Of a stretch of 64,000 nucleotides of DNA, positions 40,256-50,483 are shown in pieces. The stretch is taken from the NCBI RefSeq assembly GCF_035570375.1, contig NZ_DATMLW010000198.1, forward strand, positions 7,479 to 71,478, given 5' to 3'. Within the stretch, counting starts at the first letter, position 1, and the number at the start of each line of letters is the position of its first letter. The position numbers were made by a program, and so were the translations under genes. The DNA is from Bradyrhizobium sp. Its GTDB lineage: Bacteria > Pseudomonadota > Alphaproteobacteria > Rhizobiales > Xanthobacteraceae. The notes beneath the pieces were generated by a model, which saw nothing but the letters and a program-made list of their open reading frames with translations, had not been told where the DNA came from and did not search any database.

Positions 40256-40936
40256 TCATCCCCGCTCTGCTCTGGCATTTGCGAAAACCGCCGCATGCGC
40301 TTGCCGGATCGTCTGCTCGGTCTGTTTCAGCGTGGCCGCAGCGCCATGCGGATCGGCCCAGATGAAGTCGCCGACCAGCACGAAATCCGCGCCTGCGCGG
40401 GCGAATTCGCCGGCCTCTTCGTGAGTTTCCGCAAAACCGACGCAGGGCGGCTCGAACAGTTCGTCCCACCATTGCAGCCGCTCGGCGATCGCATCGACCG
40501 ACGGCCGCTGCCCGCGTTCATCGGGCTCGCCGAACAGCACGTAATCGGCACCGAGTTCGCCCGCCGTCATCGAATCGTGCCGTGTCTTCAGTCCGCCGCA
40601 GCCTGCAATGCGGTTTGGCTTCAGCGTCGGCAAGGCATCCTTCAACGCTTCGATGCCGCGTGCGTGTGAGCCATCGGCGCCACCACGCGCCACCAGTTCG
40701 ACATTTCCATCGAGCAACAGCGCCGCGCCCGCATCCTGGATCGCGGGCGCAAGCGCCTTGACGGTGGAGATCATGCTGCGCTGGTCCACAAGTTTCAGCC
40801 GCAGCAACACGGCGGCGATATCGGCTTGCGCAAGCAGTTGCGGCAGGCTTTCCAGCAAGGCTTGCGGATCCTCCACAAGCGGCGTTGCGAGATAAAGGCG
40901 CGGCTGGGGACGGGACGAAACAGGCTTTACAGCCAA
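40256..40936 (-). CDS. Thiamine-phosphate synthase-like protein (ThiE/TenI fold)
   Basis: PRLYLATP, GADG.H, RHDSMTAGELGADYVLFG, GADFV; TTG 40936. Confidence 0.85.
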   Translation of the reverse strand: MAVKPVSSRPQPRLYLATPLVEDPQALLESLPQLLAQADIAAVLLRLKLVDQRSMISTVKALAPAIQDAGAALLLDGNVELVARGGADGSHARGIEALKDALPTLKPNRIAGCGGLKTRHDSMTAGELGADYVLFGEPDERGQRPSVDAIAERLQWWDELFEPPCVGFAETHEEAGEFARAGADFVLVGDFIWADPHGAAATLKQTEQTIRQAHAAVFANARAERG

Positions 40937-40938
40937 AT

Positions 40939-41269
40939 CCAGGGCTCCGATTTCCGAAGTTCGCACACTATTGGGGCACCTCTGATGCGAACTTCGGAAT
41001 CACAGGAGCTCCAGCAACTAATTGTTTCCAGTGTGGCTTTGAATTTGAAGTTCCTGTGACGAACTTGCGGAGAAACCGGCAGGAACTTCAAATTAGCCGC
41101 ATTGGTGGCCCCGATTCTAACATTCGCCTCCCGTTTTGGCGGCCACTTTTGCCAATGTTAGAATCATAGGACCATTAGCAATATAAGTTTCCAGTGGAGT
41201 TTCGGATTTGACATTCGCATTGCGAGTCTGCGGCCAGGTACCTAACGAATGCCAAATCCACTCCACTAG
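40939..41269. mobile_element. Head-to-tail array of two double-hairpin units (4 hairpins)
   Basis: Unit 1 like 17304; unit 2 GATTCTAACATT/AATGTTAGAATC and GGATTTGACATTCG/CGAATGCCAAATCC; terminal CTAG contains the stop codon of the class I aldolase. Confidence 0.82.
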
Positions 41270-42291
41270 GCCGCCTTCCTTTCGAGATCGCTCGCCCATT
41301 TACCGGTACTCGCCAGCCCATTCATGTGCGCGCGATGGGCAAAGGCCCGCTGTCCGGCGGCGACGTTTTCGGATTTGCCCGACCATGCCTTTTGTGGCGC
41401 GGCTTGCAGCGCGCGGCCATAGGAGAAGGTGACGGGCCACGGCAGATTGGGAATCGCGTTGATGGCGTTGAGATGCGTGGTCGCCTCCTCGTCCGACTGT
41501 CCGCCGGAAAGAAAGGCGATGCCGGGCACGGCCGCCGGCACGCAAGTCTTGAGCAGGCGGACGGTTTTCTCGGCGACTTCCTGCACAGAAGCCTGCCTGG
41601 CGGATTTCTTGCCGGCGATCGCCATGTTGGGTTTCAGGACCATGCCCTCGAGCGCGACGCGCTGCACGCGCAACTCCTGGAACGTCCTGTTGAGAACGTA
41701 GCTCGTCACCTCATAGCAGCGGTCGATATCGTGATCGCCGTCCATCAGCACCTCCGGCTCGACGATCGGCACGATCTGCGCGGCCTGGCACAGCGCGGCA
41801 TAGCGCGCCAGTGCATGGGCGTTGACGCGGATCGCGGTCTTGCTGGGAATTCCATTGCCGATATCGATCACCGCACGCCACTTCGCAAAGCGCGCGCCGC
41901 GCTCGTAATATTTCTTCAACCGTTCGGCGAGCCTGTCGAGGCCGACGGTGACGAGTTCGCCCGGACAGTTCGGCAGTGCCTGCGTTCCTTCGTCGACCTT
42001 GATCCCGGGGATGGTGCCGGCCTGCTCGATCAGCCTGATCAGCGGCGTGCCGTCCTTGGCGTTCTGCCAGATGGTCTCATCGTAGAGGATGACGCCGGAG
42101 ATATATTTGCTCATCGCCTCCTGCGAGCGGAACAGCATCTCGCGATAGTCGCGGCGATTGTCCTCAGTCGATTCCACCTTGATGGCGTCGAAGCGCTTCT
42201 TGATGGTGCCGGTGGATTCGTCGGCGGCAAGGATGCCCTTGCCCGGGGTTACCATGGCGACAGCGATTTTGTTGAGATCGGTGATATTCAT
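41266..42291 (-). CDS. Class I fructose-bisphosphate aldolase
   Basis: GKGILAADES, GIKVD.G, FAKWRAV, VPIVEPEV, LKPNM, FLSGGQS, FSYGRALQ. Confidence 0.95.
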   Translation of the reverse strand: MNITDLNKIAVAMVTPGKGILAADESTGTIKKRFDAIKVESTEDNRRDYREMLFRSQEAMSKYISGVILYDETIWQNAKDGTPLIRLIEQAGTIPGIKVDEGTQALPNCPGELVTVGLDRLAERLKKYYERGARFAKWRAVIDIGNGIPSKTAIRVNAHALARYAALCQAAQIVPIVEPEVLMDGDHDIDRCYEVTSYVLNRTFQELRVQRVALEGMVLKPNMAIAGKKSARQASVQEVAEKTVRLLKTCVPAAVPGIAFLSGGQSDEEATTHLNAINAIPNLPWPVTFSYGRALQAAPQKAWSGKSENVAAGQRAFAHRAHMNGLASTGKWASDLERKAA

Positions 42292-42348
42292 CTGGAACAT
42301 CCTCCGGTGGGTTGGGTGCATTTGCCCGATAAAATAGACGCAAGTTCA

Positions 42349-42561
42349 TCCCTCCCCCGCGGCGCGGGGAGGGTGCATAGGCGACCTTCGGTCGCCGTCC
42401 TTAAATAGCAAGAACGCCGCTGCTTCGCATCGGCTATGCGCGAAGCGACGGTCGGGTGGGGGTGCCAACGTCATCGAGAAGGTTTAATGCTGAGAGGGGT
42501 GATTGAAAACCCCCACCCCGGCTCGCATTCGCTCGCCGACCCTCCCCGCAAGGGGGAGGGA
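42349..42561. repeat. CCCTCCCC-family element with nested CATAG..CTATG insert
   Basis: Arms CCCTCCCC..GGGGAGGG; insert 42376-42438. Confidence 0.75.
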
Positions 42562-42579
42562 CAGGAGAGAGCCGCCGAC

Positions 42580-43647
42580 TCAGGCAACTTTCGGATCGAG
42601 TTCGCCCTTGGCGTAGCGTTTGGCCATCTCGGCAGGGGTGAGCACCTTCCGAATCTTGCTGGCCTGGCCTGCGGTATTGAATTCTTCAAGCCGCTGCTTG
42701 CACAGCCTGGTCATCGCTTCCATCGCGGGCTTGAGATATTTGCGCGGATCGAATTCCTCCGGGTGCTCTTTGAGCACCTTTCGGATTTGCCCGGTCATCG
42801 CCATCCGGTTGTCGGTGTCGATATTGATCTTGCGCACGCCGTTCTTGATGCCGCGCTGAATTTCGGCGACCGGCACGCCCCAGGTCGGCTTCATCTTGCC
42901 GCCATTGGCGTTGATGATGTCCTGCAGATCCTGCGGCACCGATGATGAGCCGTGCATCACCAGATGCATGTTCGGCAGCTTGCGGTGAATTTCCTCGATC
43001 ACGTTCATGGCGAGAATATCGCCGTCCGGCTTGCGGGTGAATTTGTAGGCGCCGTGCGAGGTGCCCATCGCGATCGCCAGCGCGTCGACCCGGGTCTGCT
43101 TGACGAATTTCACGGCCTCGTCCGGATTGGTCAGAAGCTGATCGTGCGAGAGCTTGCCTTCGGCGCCATGGCCGTCTTCCTTGTCGCCCATGCCGGTCTC
43201 GAGCGAACCGAGCACGCCAAGCTCGCCTTCCACCGAGATGCCGCCGAGATGGGCCATGTCGGTGACCTTCCTGGTGACGCCGACATTATAATCCCAGTCA
43301 CCCGGCGTCTTGCCGTCGGCCTTCAGCGAGCCGTCCATCATCACCGACGTGAAGCCGGCCTGGATCGCGGTCATGCAGGTAGCCGGTTCGTTGCCGTGGT
43401 CGAGATGCACGCAAACCGGAATCTGCGGATAGATTTCGGTGACGGCGTCCATCATGTGCCGGAGCATGACGTCGTTGGCATAGGAGCGCGCGCCGCGCGA
43501 GGCCTGGATGATGACGGGAGCGTCGAGGCTGGAGGCGGCCTCCATGATCGCGAGCGCCTGTTCCATGTTGTTGATGTTGAAGGCCGGCACGCCGTATTCG
43601 TGCTCCGCCGCGTGATCGAGCAATTGGCGCAACGTGATCCTAGCCAT
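42580..43647 (-). CDS. fba: Class II fructose-bisphosphate aldolase
   Basis: [43 protein letters not shown]. Confidence 0.96.
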   Translation of the reverse strand: MARITLRQLLDHAAEHEYGVPAFNINNMEQALAIMEAASSLDAPVIIQASRGARSYANDVMLRHMMDAVTEIYPQIPVCVHLDHGNEPATCMTAIQAGFTSVMMDGSLKADGKTPGDWDYNVGVTRKVTDMAHLGGISVEGELGVLGSLETGMGDKEDGHGAEGKLSHDQLLTNPDEAVKFVKQTRVDALAIAMGTSHGAYKFTRKPDGDILAMNVIEEIHRKLPNMHLVMHGSSSVPQDLQDIINANGGKMKPTWGVPVAEIQRGIKNGVRKINIDTDNRMAMTGQIRKVLKEHPEEFDPRKYLKPAMEAMTRLCKQRLEEFNTAGQASKIRKVLTPAEMAKRYAKGELDPKVA

Positions 43648-43738
43648 AGGTACTGTTCTCCGTGTTGGCGCTGACGTGCAATATTCGTTGGATCAGCGCG
43701 TGACGAGACGGGCATGAAAAAAGGGCGGTGGACATGCC

Positions 43739-43874
43739 ACCCTCTCCCCTTGTGGGAGAGGGTGGCGAGAATGAGCGGCAGCGAAATTCGAGCCGGGTGA
43801 GGGGTTTGTCACCGTGATAGAGACCCCTCACCAGCCTCGCTTCGCGCGGCACCCTCTCCCGCAAGGGGAGAGGG
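43739..43874. repeat. CCTCTCCC-family palindromic element
   Basis: ACCCTCTCCCCTTGTGGGAGAGGGT..ACCCTCTCCCGCAAGGGGAGAGGGT. Confidence 0.8.
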
Positions 43875-43903
43875 TATGCACCTCCGACGTTGTGGGTCTG
43901 ACC

Positions 43904-45112
43904 TCATTTCATCCCGAGGTAGCGTACTTTTAGAATCTCAACGCCGGGCAGGGGTTTGCCTTCCATCCATTCCAGGAAGGCCCCGCCAGCGGTCGAAACA
44001 TAGGTGAAATCGGCGGCCACCCCGGCCTGATTCAGCGCCGCCACCGTGTCGCCGCCACCGGCCACCGAAATCAGCTTTTTCGCCCTGGTCCGCTCGGCTG
44101 CATGTCTTGCCGCGAGTACGGTGCCGCGGTCGAACGGCGTCATCTCGAACGCGCCGAGCGGGCCGTTCCAGACCAGGGTTGCCGCATCATCGATCGCTGC
44201 GCGAATTCGCGCCACCGATTGCGGCCCGACGTCGAGAATCATGCCGTCGGGCGGTATGGCATCGAGACCATAGGCGTGAGATGGCGAATTGGCGGCAAAT
44301 TGAAACGCCACCACCGCATCCACGGGGAGGATGATGGCGCAATTGGCGGCGGCCGCTTTCTCGACGATGCGCAGCGCCGTGGTGGCGAGGTCTTTTTCGG
44401 CCAGCGACTTGCCGACGCCTGCGCCTTGCGCATGCAGGAAGGTGTTGGCCATGCCGCCGCCGATCACCAGCGCATCGACCTTGCTGACCAGATTTTCAAG
44501 CAGATCGATCTTGGTGGAAACCTTCGCGCCGCCGATGATCGCGATGACGGGCTTGGTCGGCGCCTCGAGCGCCTTGTTCAGTGCGTCGAGTTCGGCCTGC
44601 ATGGTGCGGCCGGCATAGGCGGGCAGCTTGTGGCCGAGACCTTCGGTCGAGGCGTGGGCGCGGTGCGCCGCCGAGAAGGCATCATTCACCCAGATGTCGC
44701 CGAGTTTTGCCAAACTGGCGACAAAGGCCGGATCGTTTTTCTCTTCTTCCTTGTGGAAGCGGGTGTTTTCCAGGCAAAGGACATCGCCGTCCTTCATCGC
44801 AGCGATCGCCTTTTCGGCGGCTTCGCCGATGCAATCGCCGGCAAACGCGATCTCTTTCTTGATCACTTGCGACAACGCCGCTGCAACCGGCTTGAGCGAC
44901 TCCTTGGGATCGCGCCCCTTCGGCCGGCCGAAATGCGCAAGCAGGATCACCTTTCCGCCCTTGGCGGAGAGTTCGAGGATGGTCGGCGCGATGCGCTCCA
45001 GACGCGTGGTATCGGTCACGCGCCCGTTCTCCATCGGGACATTGAGGTCGACGCGCAGCAGCACGCGTTTGCCCTTGACGTCGACGTCATCGAGAGTGCG
45101 GAATTGCTTCAT
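43904..45112 (-). CDS. pgk: Phosphoglycerate kinase
   Basis: [46 protein letters not shown]. Confidence 0.97.
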   Translation of the reverse strand: MKQFRTLDDVDVKGKRVLLRVDLNVPMENGRVTDTTRLERIAPTILELSAKGGKVILLAHFGRPKGRDPKESLKPVAAALSQVIKKEIAFAGDCIGEAAEKAIAAMKDGDVLCLENTRFHKEEEKNDPAFVASLAKLGDIWVNDAFSAAHRAHASTEGLGHKLPAYAGRTMQAELDALNKALEAPTKPVIAIIGGAKVSTKIDLLENLVSKVDALVIGGGMANTFLHAQGAGVGKSLAEKDLATTALRIVEKAAAANCAIILPVDAVVAFQFAANSPSHAYGLDAIPPDGMILDVGPQSVARIRAAIDDAATLVWNGPLGAFEMTPFDRGTVLAARHAAERTRAKKLISVAGGGDTVAALNQAGVAADFTYVSTAGGAFLEWMEGKPLPGVEILKVRYLGMK

Positions 45113-45170
45113 TGGATACCACGATTACGGAGGACCGAGGCGGCCCGACAGTCGATCTGCGGAATTCGGT

Positions 45171-45296
45171 CCACCTCTCCCCAGCGGGGAGAGGTCGGAT
45201 TTCGAAGCAATCCGGGTGAGGGGAGCTATTCTCGCGGAAGACCTCAACCCCTCACCCGATTTGCTGCGCAAATCGACCTCTCCCTATGGGAGAGGT
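45171..45296. repeat. CCTCTCCC-family palindromic element
   Basis: Right arm CCCTCACCCGATTTGCTGCGCAAATCGACCTCTCCC is identical to that at 46567. Confidence 0.8.
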
Positions 45297-45305
45297 GATT
45301 CTTCC

Positions 45306-46328
45306 CTACAGCTTCTTTCCCATCGCCACGGCGGTGTCGGCCATGCGGTTGGAGAAACCCCACTCGTTGTCATACCAGGACATCACCCGCACCAGCGTGC
45401 CGTTCTGCACCTTGGTCTGGTCCATGTGGAACGTCGAGGAATGCGGGTCGTGGTTGAAGTCGATCGAGACGTTGGGCGCGGTTGTGTAGCCGAGGATGCC
45501 CTTGAGCTGCTGCTCGCTGGCGCGCTTCATCGCCTCGTTGATCTCTTCCTTGTTGGTCTTGCGCGAGGCCACGATCTTCAAATCGACCACCGAGACGTTG
45601 GGGACCGGCACCCGGATCGCAACGCCGTCGAGCTTGCCGTTGAGTTCCGGCAGCACCAGGCCGATCGCCTTGGCAGCTCCCGTCGAGGTTGGGATCATCG
45701 ACATCGCGGCGGCGCGGCCGCGATAGAGATCCTTGTGCAGGGTGTCGAGCGTCGGCTGGTCGCCGGTATAGGCGTGGATCGTGGTCATGAACCCGCTCTC
45801 GATGCCGACAGTGTCGTGGAGCACCTTGGCAACGGGGGCGAGGCAATTCGTGGTGCAGGAGCCGTTAGAGACGACGAGATGATCCTTGGTAAGCCGGTCA
45901 TGATTGACGCCATAGACGATGGTCGCATCGGCGTTTTCGGCCGGCGCCGAAATCAGCACGCGCCTGGCGCCCGCGGCCAGATGAGCGGAAGCCTTTTCCT
46001 TCGCCGTGAAGATGCCGGTGCATTCCAGCGCGATGTCGACGCCGAGTTGCTTCCACGGAAGTTTTGAGGGATCGCGCTCGGCGGAAACCTTGATCTTGCC
46101 GCTGTGGGTCGCGCCGTTGCTCAGGCTGATCGAATCGCCCTCGACCGTCACCGTGCCGGGGAAGCGGCCATGCACCGAGTCGTAGCGCAACAGGTGCGCG
46201 TTGGTCTCGACCGGACCGAGATCGTTGATCCCGACGACCTCGATATCCTTGCGGCCGGCCTCGGCGATTGCCCGCAGAATGTTGCGGCCGATGCGGCCAA
46301 ATCCGTTGATCGCGACCCGGACTGCCAT
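45306..46328 (-). CDS. gap: Glyceraldehyde-3-phosphate dehydrogenase
   Basis: [32 protein letters not shown]. Confidence 0.97.
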   Translation of the reverse strand: MAVRVAINGFGRIGRNILRAIAEAGRKDIEVVGINDLGPVETNAHLLRYDSVHGRFPGTVTVEGDSISLSNGATHSGKIKVSAERDPSKLPWKQLGVDIALECTGIFTAKEKASAHLAAGARRVLISAPAENADATIVYGVNHDRLTKDHLVVSNGSCTTNCLAPVAKVLHDTVGIESGFMTTIHAYTGDQPTLDTLHKDLYRGRAAAMSMIPTSTGAAKAIGLVLPELNGKLDGVAIRVPVPNVSVVDLKIVASRKTNKEEINEAMKRASEQQLKGILGYTTAPNVSIDFNHDPHSSTFHMDQTKVQNGTLVRVMSWYDNEWGFSNRMADTAVAMGKKL

Positions 46329-46496
46329 GGCTCGTTTCTCCTCTAAAGTGGTGTCGTCCCCGGGGGGATACGCTTTCCCTCGGAGATTTGGACGGCGGAT
46401 CGCCCGGTTCGGCCGGACGAGGCTGGACTAGATAAAAGTTAGCTAGTCCTTTTTGCCGGCAAGCTCAACCGTTCGGGCGGTGTTTCGGCTCCACTT

Positions 46497-46613
46497 CACC
46501 TCTCCCGGGGGAGAGGTCGGCGCGCAGCGCCGGGTGAGGGCGTACGCTCTATCGAGGAACCTTGTCCCCTCACCCGATTTGCTGCGCAAATCGACCTCTC
46601 CCACGGGAGAGGT
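46497..46613. repeat. CCTCTCCC-family palindromic element
   Basis: CACCTCTCCCGGGGGAGAGGT..ACCTCTCCCACGGGAGAGGTG. Confidence 0.8.
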
Positions 46614-46650
46614 GGATCTCAAACCTGGCGAAAGCCTCACCTCATCATGC

Positions 46651-48636
46651 TTAACCCAAGCGCTTTTGAACTGCGTTGATCACCGCCTCCGCGGTAATGC
46701 CGAAATGCTTGAAAAGGTCCTTGGCCGGTCCACTTTCGCCAAAACCGTGCATGCCGATGAAAATGCCATCCTGGCCGATCACGGCGTCCCATCCCCAGCG
46801 CACCGCCGCCTCGATCGCAACCTTGACCGGCGCCTTGCCGATGACAGCTTCACGACGCTCGGCGGGCTGTTCGAGCAACAGCTCGAGCGAAGGCACGGAG
46901 ACGACCCGCGCCGGAATGCCGCGTTCGGCCAGCTGTTTCTGCGCGGCGACCGCGATCTCGACCTCGGAACCGGTGGCAAACAGCGACACCCTGGCCTCGC
47001 CTTGTGCCGCAACCAGCTCATAGCCGCCATGGCTGCACGGATTGTCCGCAGGCGCGGAGGTCCGCAGTTGCGGCAGGTTCTGGCGGGTCAGCGCCAGCAC
47101 GGTGGGTCCGCTGGTCCGGTTGAGCGCAAGTTCCCAGCATTCGGCGACCTCCACGGCATCGGCCGGTCGGAACACCCGCATATTGGGAATGGCCCGCAAC
47201 GCGGCGAGATGTTCGACCGGCTGATGCGTCGGGCCGTCTTCGCCGAGCCCGATCGAATCGTGGGTCATCACATAGACCACGCCGGTACCCATCAGTGCGG
47301 CGAGCCGCATCGCAGGCCGGGCATAGTCGGTGAAGATCAGGAAGGTGGCGCCGTTCGGGGCGAAGCCGCCGTGCAGGAAGATGCCGTTCAAGGCCGCCGC
47401 CATGCCGTGCTCGCGGACGCCGTAATGGATGAAACGGCCCTTCGGGGTCTTGGCCGAAAAATCCACCGCCGATTTCGCCTTGTTGTTGTTGGAGCCGGTG
47501 AGATCGGCAGAGCCTGCCACGAATTCCATCGGCATCGCGGCGGCGATCGCCTCGATCGCGGCCTCGGAGGATTTGCGGGTGCCGACGTTCAGCGGATTTT
47601 CGAGCAGCGCCTTCTTGTGCGCCCGCAGCGCCTTTGCCAGCGAAGCGGGGCGCTCGTGCCGCAGGCGGCGCTCGAACTCGGCGCGCTTGCGACTTCCCAG
47701 TTCGGCAAAACGCGCTTGCCATTCCTGGTGCGCCACAACGCCACGGCGCCCGACCTCGCGCCAGGCCTTGAGAACGTCGTCGGGCACGGAGAACGGCTCG
47801 AGCGAAATGCCAAGGTTTTCCTTGGCGGCTTTCAGCTCATCGGCGCCGAGCGCTTCGCCATGGGCCTTGGCTGTGCCGGCCTTGTGCGGCGCGCCGTAGC
47901 CGATCGTGGTCTTGCAGGCGATCAGCGACGGCTTGTTGGATTTCTGCGCGCGCGCAATCGCCGCGGCGATTGCCTTTTGATCCTGGCCGTCGATCAGCTC
48001 GGCCGCCCAGCCGGCCGACTTGAACCGCTTCACCTGATCGACCTTGTCGGCGATCGAGGTCGGACCGTCGATCGAGATGCCGTTGTCGTCGTAGAGCACG
48101 ATCAGCTTGTTGAGCCGCCACACGCCGGCGAGCGCAATCGCTTCCTGCGACACGCCTTCCATGAGGTCGCCGTCGGAACAAAGAACATAGGTACGGTGAT
48201 CGACGATCTTCTTGCCGAATTCGGCTGACAGCATCCGTTCCGCAAGCGCCATCCCGACCGACGTCGCAAGGCCCTGGCCGAGCGGCCCGGTCGTGGTCTC
48301 GACGCCCTTGGTGCGAAAATTTTCCGGATGTCCGGGGGTGAGCGAATCGACCTGGCGGAAGCGCTTGATCTCCTCCAGCGTCATCTGTGAATTGCCGGTG
48401 AGGTACAACAGCGCATAGAGCAGCATCGAGCCGTGGCCGGCCGAAAGCACGAAGCGGTCGCGGTCCGGCCAGTTCGGATCGGCGGCATCGAATTTCAGAA
48501 ATTGGGTGAACAGCACCGTGGCGACGTCGGCCGCGCCCATCGGCAGGCCGGGATGGCCGGACTTCGCCTTCTCGACGGCGTCCATCGCGAGCCCCCGGAT
48601 CGCGTTGGCCATGCGGGAGTGATCGACATTCGTCAT
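46651..48636 (-). CDS. tkt: Transketolase
   Basis: [48 protein letters not shown]. Confidence 0.97.
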   Translation of the reverse strand: MTNVDHSRMANAIRGLAMDAVEKAKSGHPGLPMGAADVATVLFTQFLKFDAADPNWPDRDRFVLSAGHGSMLLYALLYLTGNSQMTLEEIKRFRQVDSLTPGHPENFRTKGVETTTGPLGQGLATSVGMALAERMLSAEFGKKIVDHRTYVLCSDGDLMEGVSQEAIALAGVWRLNKLIVLYDDNGISIDGPTSIADKVDQVKRFKSAGWAAELIDGQDQKAIAAAIARAQKSNKPSLIACKTTIGYGAPHKAGTAKAHGEALGADELKAAKENLGISLEPFSVPDDVLKAWREVGRRGVVAHQEWQARFAELGSRKRAEFERRLRHERPASLAKALRAHKKALLENPLNVGTRKSSEAAIEAIAAAMPMEFVAGSADLTGSNNNKAKSAVDFSAKTPKGRFIHYGVREHGMAAALNGIFLHGGFAPNGATFLIFTDYARPAMRLAALMGTGVVYVMTHDSIGLGEDGPTHQPVEHLAALRAIPNMRVFRPADAVEVAECWELALNRTSGPTVLALTRQNLPQLRTSAPADNPCSHGGYELVAAQGEARVSLFATGSEVEIAVAAQKQLAERGIPARVVSVPSLELLLEQPAERREAVIGKAPVKVAIEAAVRWGWDAVIGQDGIFIGMHGFGESGPAKDLFKHFGITAEAVINAVQKRLG

Positions 48637-48819
48637 GATGAAAATCCGCCTGAAAATGAGGTGCTTGGCGCCTGGATGGAGATGCAAATTGCCGTGCGGG
48701 CGAAAGCCTGACGGGCAACGGGAAAGTCGGGGCTGGATAGCACCTCATTTCCGTCAAGTCCAAGCCAGTTCCGCCCAGTCCAAGCCAGTCAAACGCCTTC
48801 TGAGGCGGAAAAGTTGCTC

Positions 48820-48896
48820 GCGCATGATCCGGACCCGAAGGGCCGCGTTAGCGCAAAGTGGAAACCGGTCTTTCGAAAAGATCGTGCTCCGACAAA
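48820..48896. repeat. RIME/Bru-RS-like element
   Basis: GCATGATCCGGACCCGAAGGGCCGCG..AAACCGG..GAAAAGATC, near-identical to 32737. Confidence 0.75.
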
Positions 48897-49107
48897 GAGA
48901 TGATGATGCGATTCCGGCCGGTCGGGCAGGGGGCTGTGAATGTGGCGGGTACGATCATTTTGGGCTGAATTGCGATCGCGGTTTAATTTGTTGTTTAAGC
49001 GTGATCTTTTCGAAGAGCCGGTTTCCTTGACTTAAGGCAGTGCATAGCTTCGAACCGGCGTTGCGCTCGCCTCCCTTGCCACGTAAATTTCCCGCTCTAA
49101 ACGCTTG

Positions 49108-49437
49108 CTAGTGCTCCGATTCCGAAGTTCGCAAAAATTCGCGGCGACCACCGATGCGAACTTCGGAATCATAAGGAGCACCAGTAAGCTGATGTTTTCT
49201 AGTGCGGTTTTTGAATTTGAAGTACCTATGACGAAGTTGCAGCAAAGCATGATAGGAACTTCAAATTCACCGCATTAGTGTGGTGGATTTGATATTCGCT
49301 TCAGTATCGCTGCGAGTCCTCATAGCCGATGTCAAATCCAAAACCACACTAAAATCCAATGCTTAGTGTCCTTTTGTTCTGACACTCGTAAACGAACCCG
49401 CCGCGGCAGGATACGAATGTCGGAACCGGGACACTAG
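49108..49437. mobile_element. Tail-to-tail array of two double-hairpin units (4 hairpins), CTAG at both ends
   Basis: Unit 1 like 17304/40939; unit 2 is the reverse complement of the 28717 type. Confidence 0.85.
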
Positions 49438-49483
49438 ACTGCCGATCTTGCTCGCGCGTCGGGTGTTCACGGGAGGTTGCGCG

Positions 49484-49810
49484 CTGTCTGTCACGAGCGA
49501 AAAACCCGCTACGACCGCATCAGGCCCCGAACCGGTGTCTGAGATCGATGCCGCCACGCGGCGCTTGATGGCCGCGCTTGACGGGTTGGAACGCGCCGTC
49601 GAGCGGCGGCGCGACGCCGACCGCGACGAGGATGAGTTGGCGGCGCGGATCCAGGCGTTGGGTGCGGATCGATCGCGGCTTGCCGACGAACTCGATGGAT
49701 CGCTGGTGAAGACGCGCAAGCTGGAGCGTGTCAACCGCGAGATCGCAGAGCGATTGGATGCCGCGATCGGCACCATCCGCACCGTGCTCGATACGGGGGA
49801 GGGCTCATGA
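49484..49810 (+). CDS. DUF4164-family coiled-coil protein (start uncertain, possibly CTG)
   Basis: ATRRLMAALDGLERAVERR..DRSRLADELD..IRTVL; ATGA overlap with zapA. Confidence 0.85.
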   Translation: MSVTSEKPATTASGPEPVSEIDAATRRLMAALDGLERAVERRRDADRDEDELAARIQALGADRSRLADELDGSLVKTRKLERVNREIAERLDAAIGTIRTVLDTGEGS

Positions 49811-50190
49811 ACCACATCAACGTCACCATCAACGGCCGGCAATACCGGATGGCCTGCGAGGAGGGCCAGGAGGTGCGGCTGCTCAAGCTCGCCGAGAGTC
49901 TGGAATCTCGGATCGGAAGCCTGCGCGGCAAGTTCGGCGAGATCGGCGACGCCCGCCTGACCGTGATGGCGGCGCTGACCGTGTGCGACGAATTGGTCGA
50001 TGCCAGCAATCGCATCCGTGCGCTCGAACAGGAAGTCATTTCGCTGCGCGACGTTCGTGTCGCGGCATCCGATCGCGTCAAGGCGACGCAAGTGGCGGTG
50101 GCCAATGCCTTGAACGCCGCCGCCGAGCGAATCGAAAAGACCACGCAAGTGCTGAACCGCACCGTCGGCGGCGGTGTCGCGATCGGGTGA
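49807..50190 (+). CDS. zapA: Cell division protein ZapA
   Basis: INVTINGRQYRMACEEGQE..RLTVMAAL..DEL. Confidence 0.92.
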   Translation: MNHINVTINGRQYRMACEEGQEVRLLKLAESLESRIGSLRGKFGEIGDARLTVMAALTVCDELVDASNRIRALEQEVISLRDVRVAASDRVKATQVAVANALNAAAERIEKTTQVLNRTVGGGVAIG

Positions 50191-50232
50191 ATCTGGATCA
50201 ATCCGCGTCCCGCAAAACCCGGGTGACGGAGT

Positions 50233-50417
50233 GTAGGATTGCGCAAAGCGAAGCGTGCCCACCCTTTTCGGTCACATGATACGGCGTGTTACCCGTGTGG
50301 CGGACTTGCCTCACAGCAGCTTTCATCGCTTCGTCGAAAGTGGGTTGCGTCCCGCCGATCGGGGCGGAGGTCGTTCTGAGAGTGAAGGGTGGGCACGCTT
50401 CGCTTTGCCCACCCTAC
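50233..50417. repeat. Inverted pair of GTAG-type REPs (REPIN-like)
   Basis: GTAGGATTGCGCAAAGCGAAGCGTGCCCACC ... GGTGGGCACGCTTCGCTTTGCCCACCCTAC. Confidence 0.8.
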
Positions 50418-50483
50418 AATTTGTTCTGATCTTCTCTGGCTTGGTTTCAACCAATCCGCGCGCCGCGAAACCCGCGTGATAGT

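Noticed and set aside
40939-41269. Hairpin arrays here and at 49108 as a CRISPR array
   Set aside because: Arms are inverted rather than direct repeats, loops are homologous between loci rather than unique spacers, and there are no cas genes
46443-46640. 65-aa ORF through the tkt-gap REP as a second bridging ORF
   Set aside because: Stops ~115 bp before gap, which has its own SD, so there is no coupling geometry
48983-48998. TTAA-N8-TTAA as a CtrA box
   Set aside because: Spacing is 8 rather than the canonical 7
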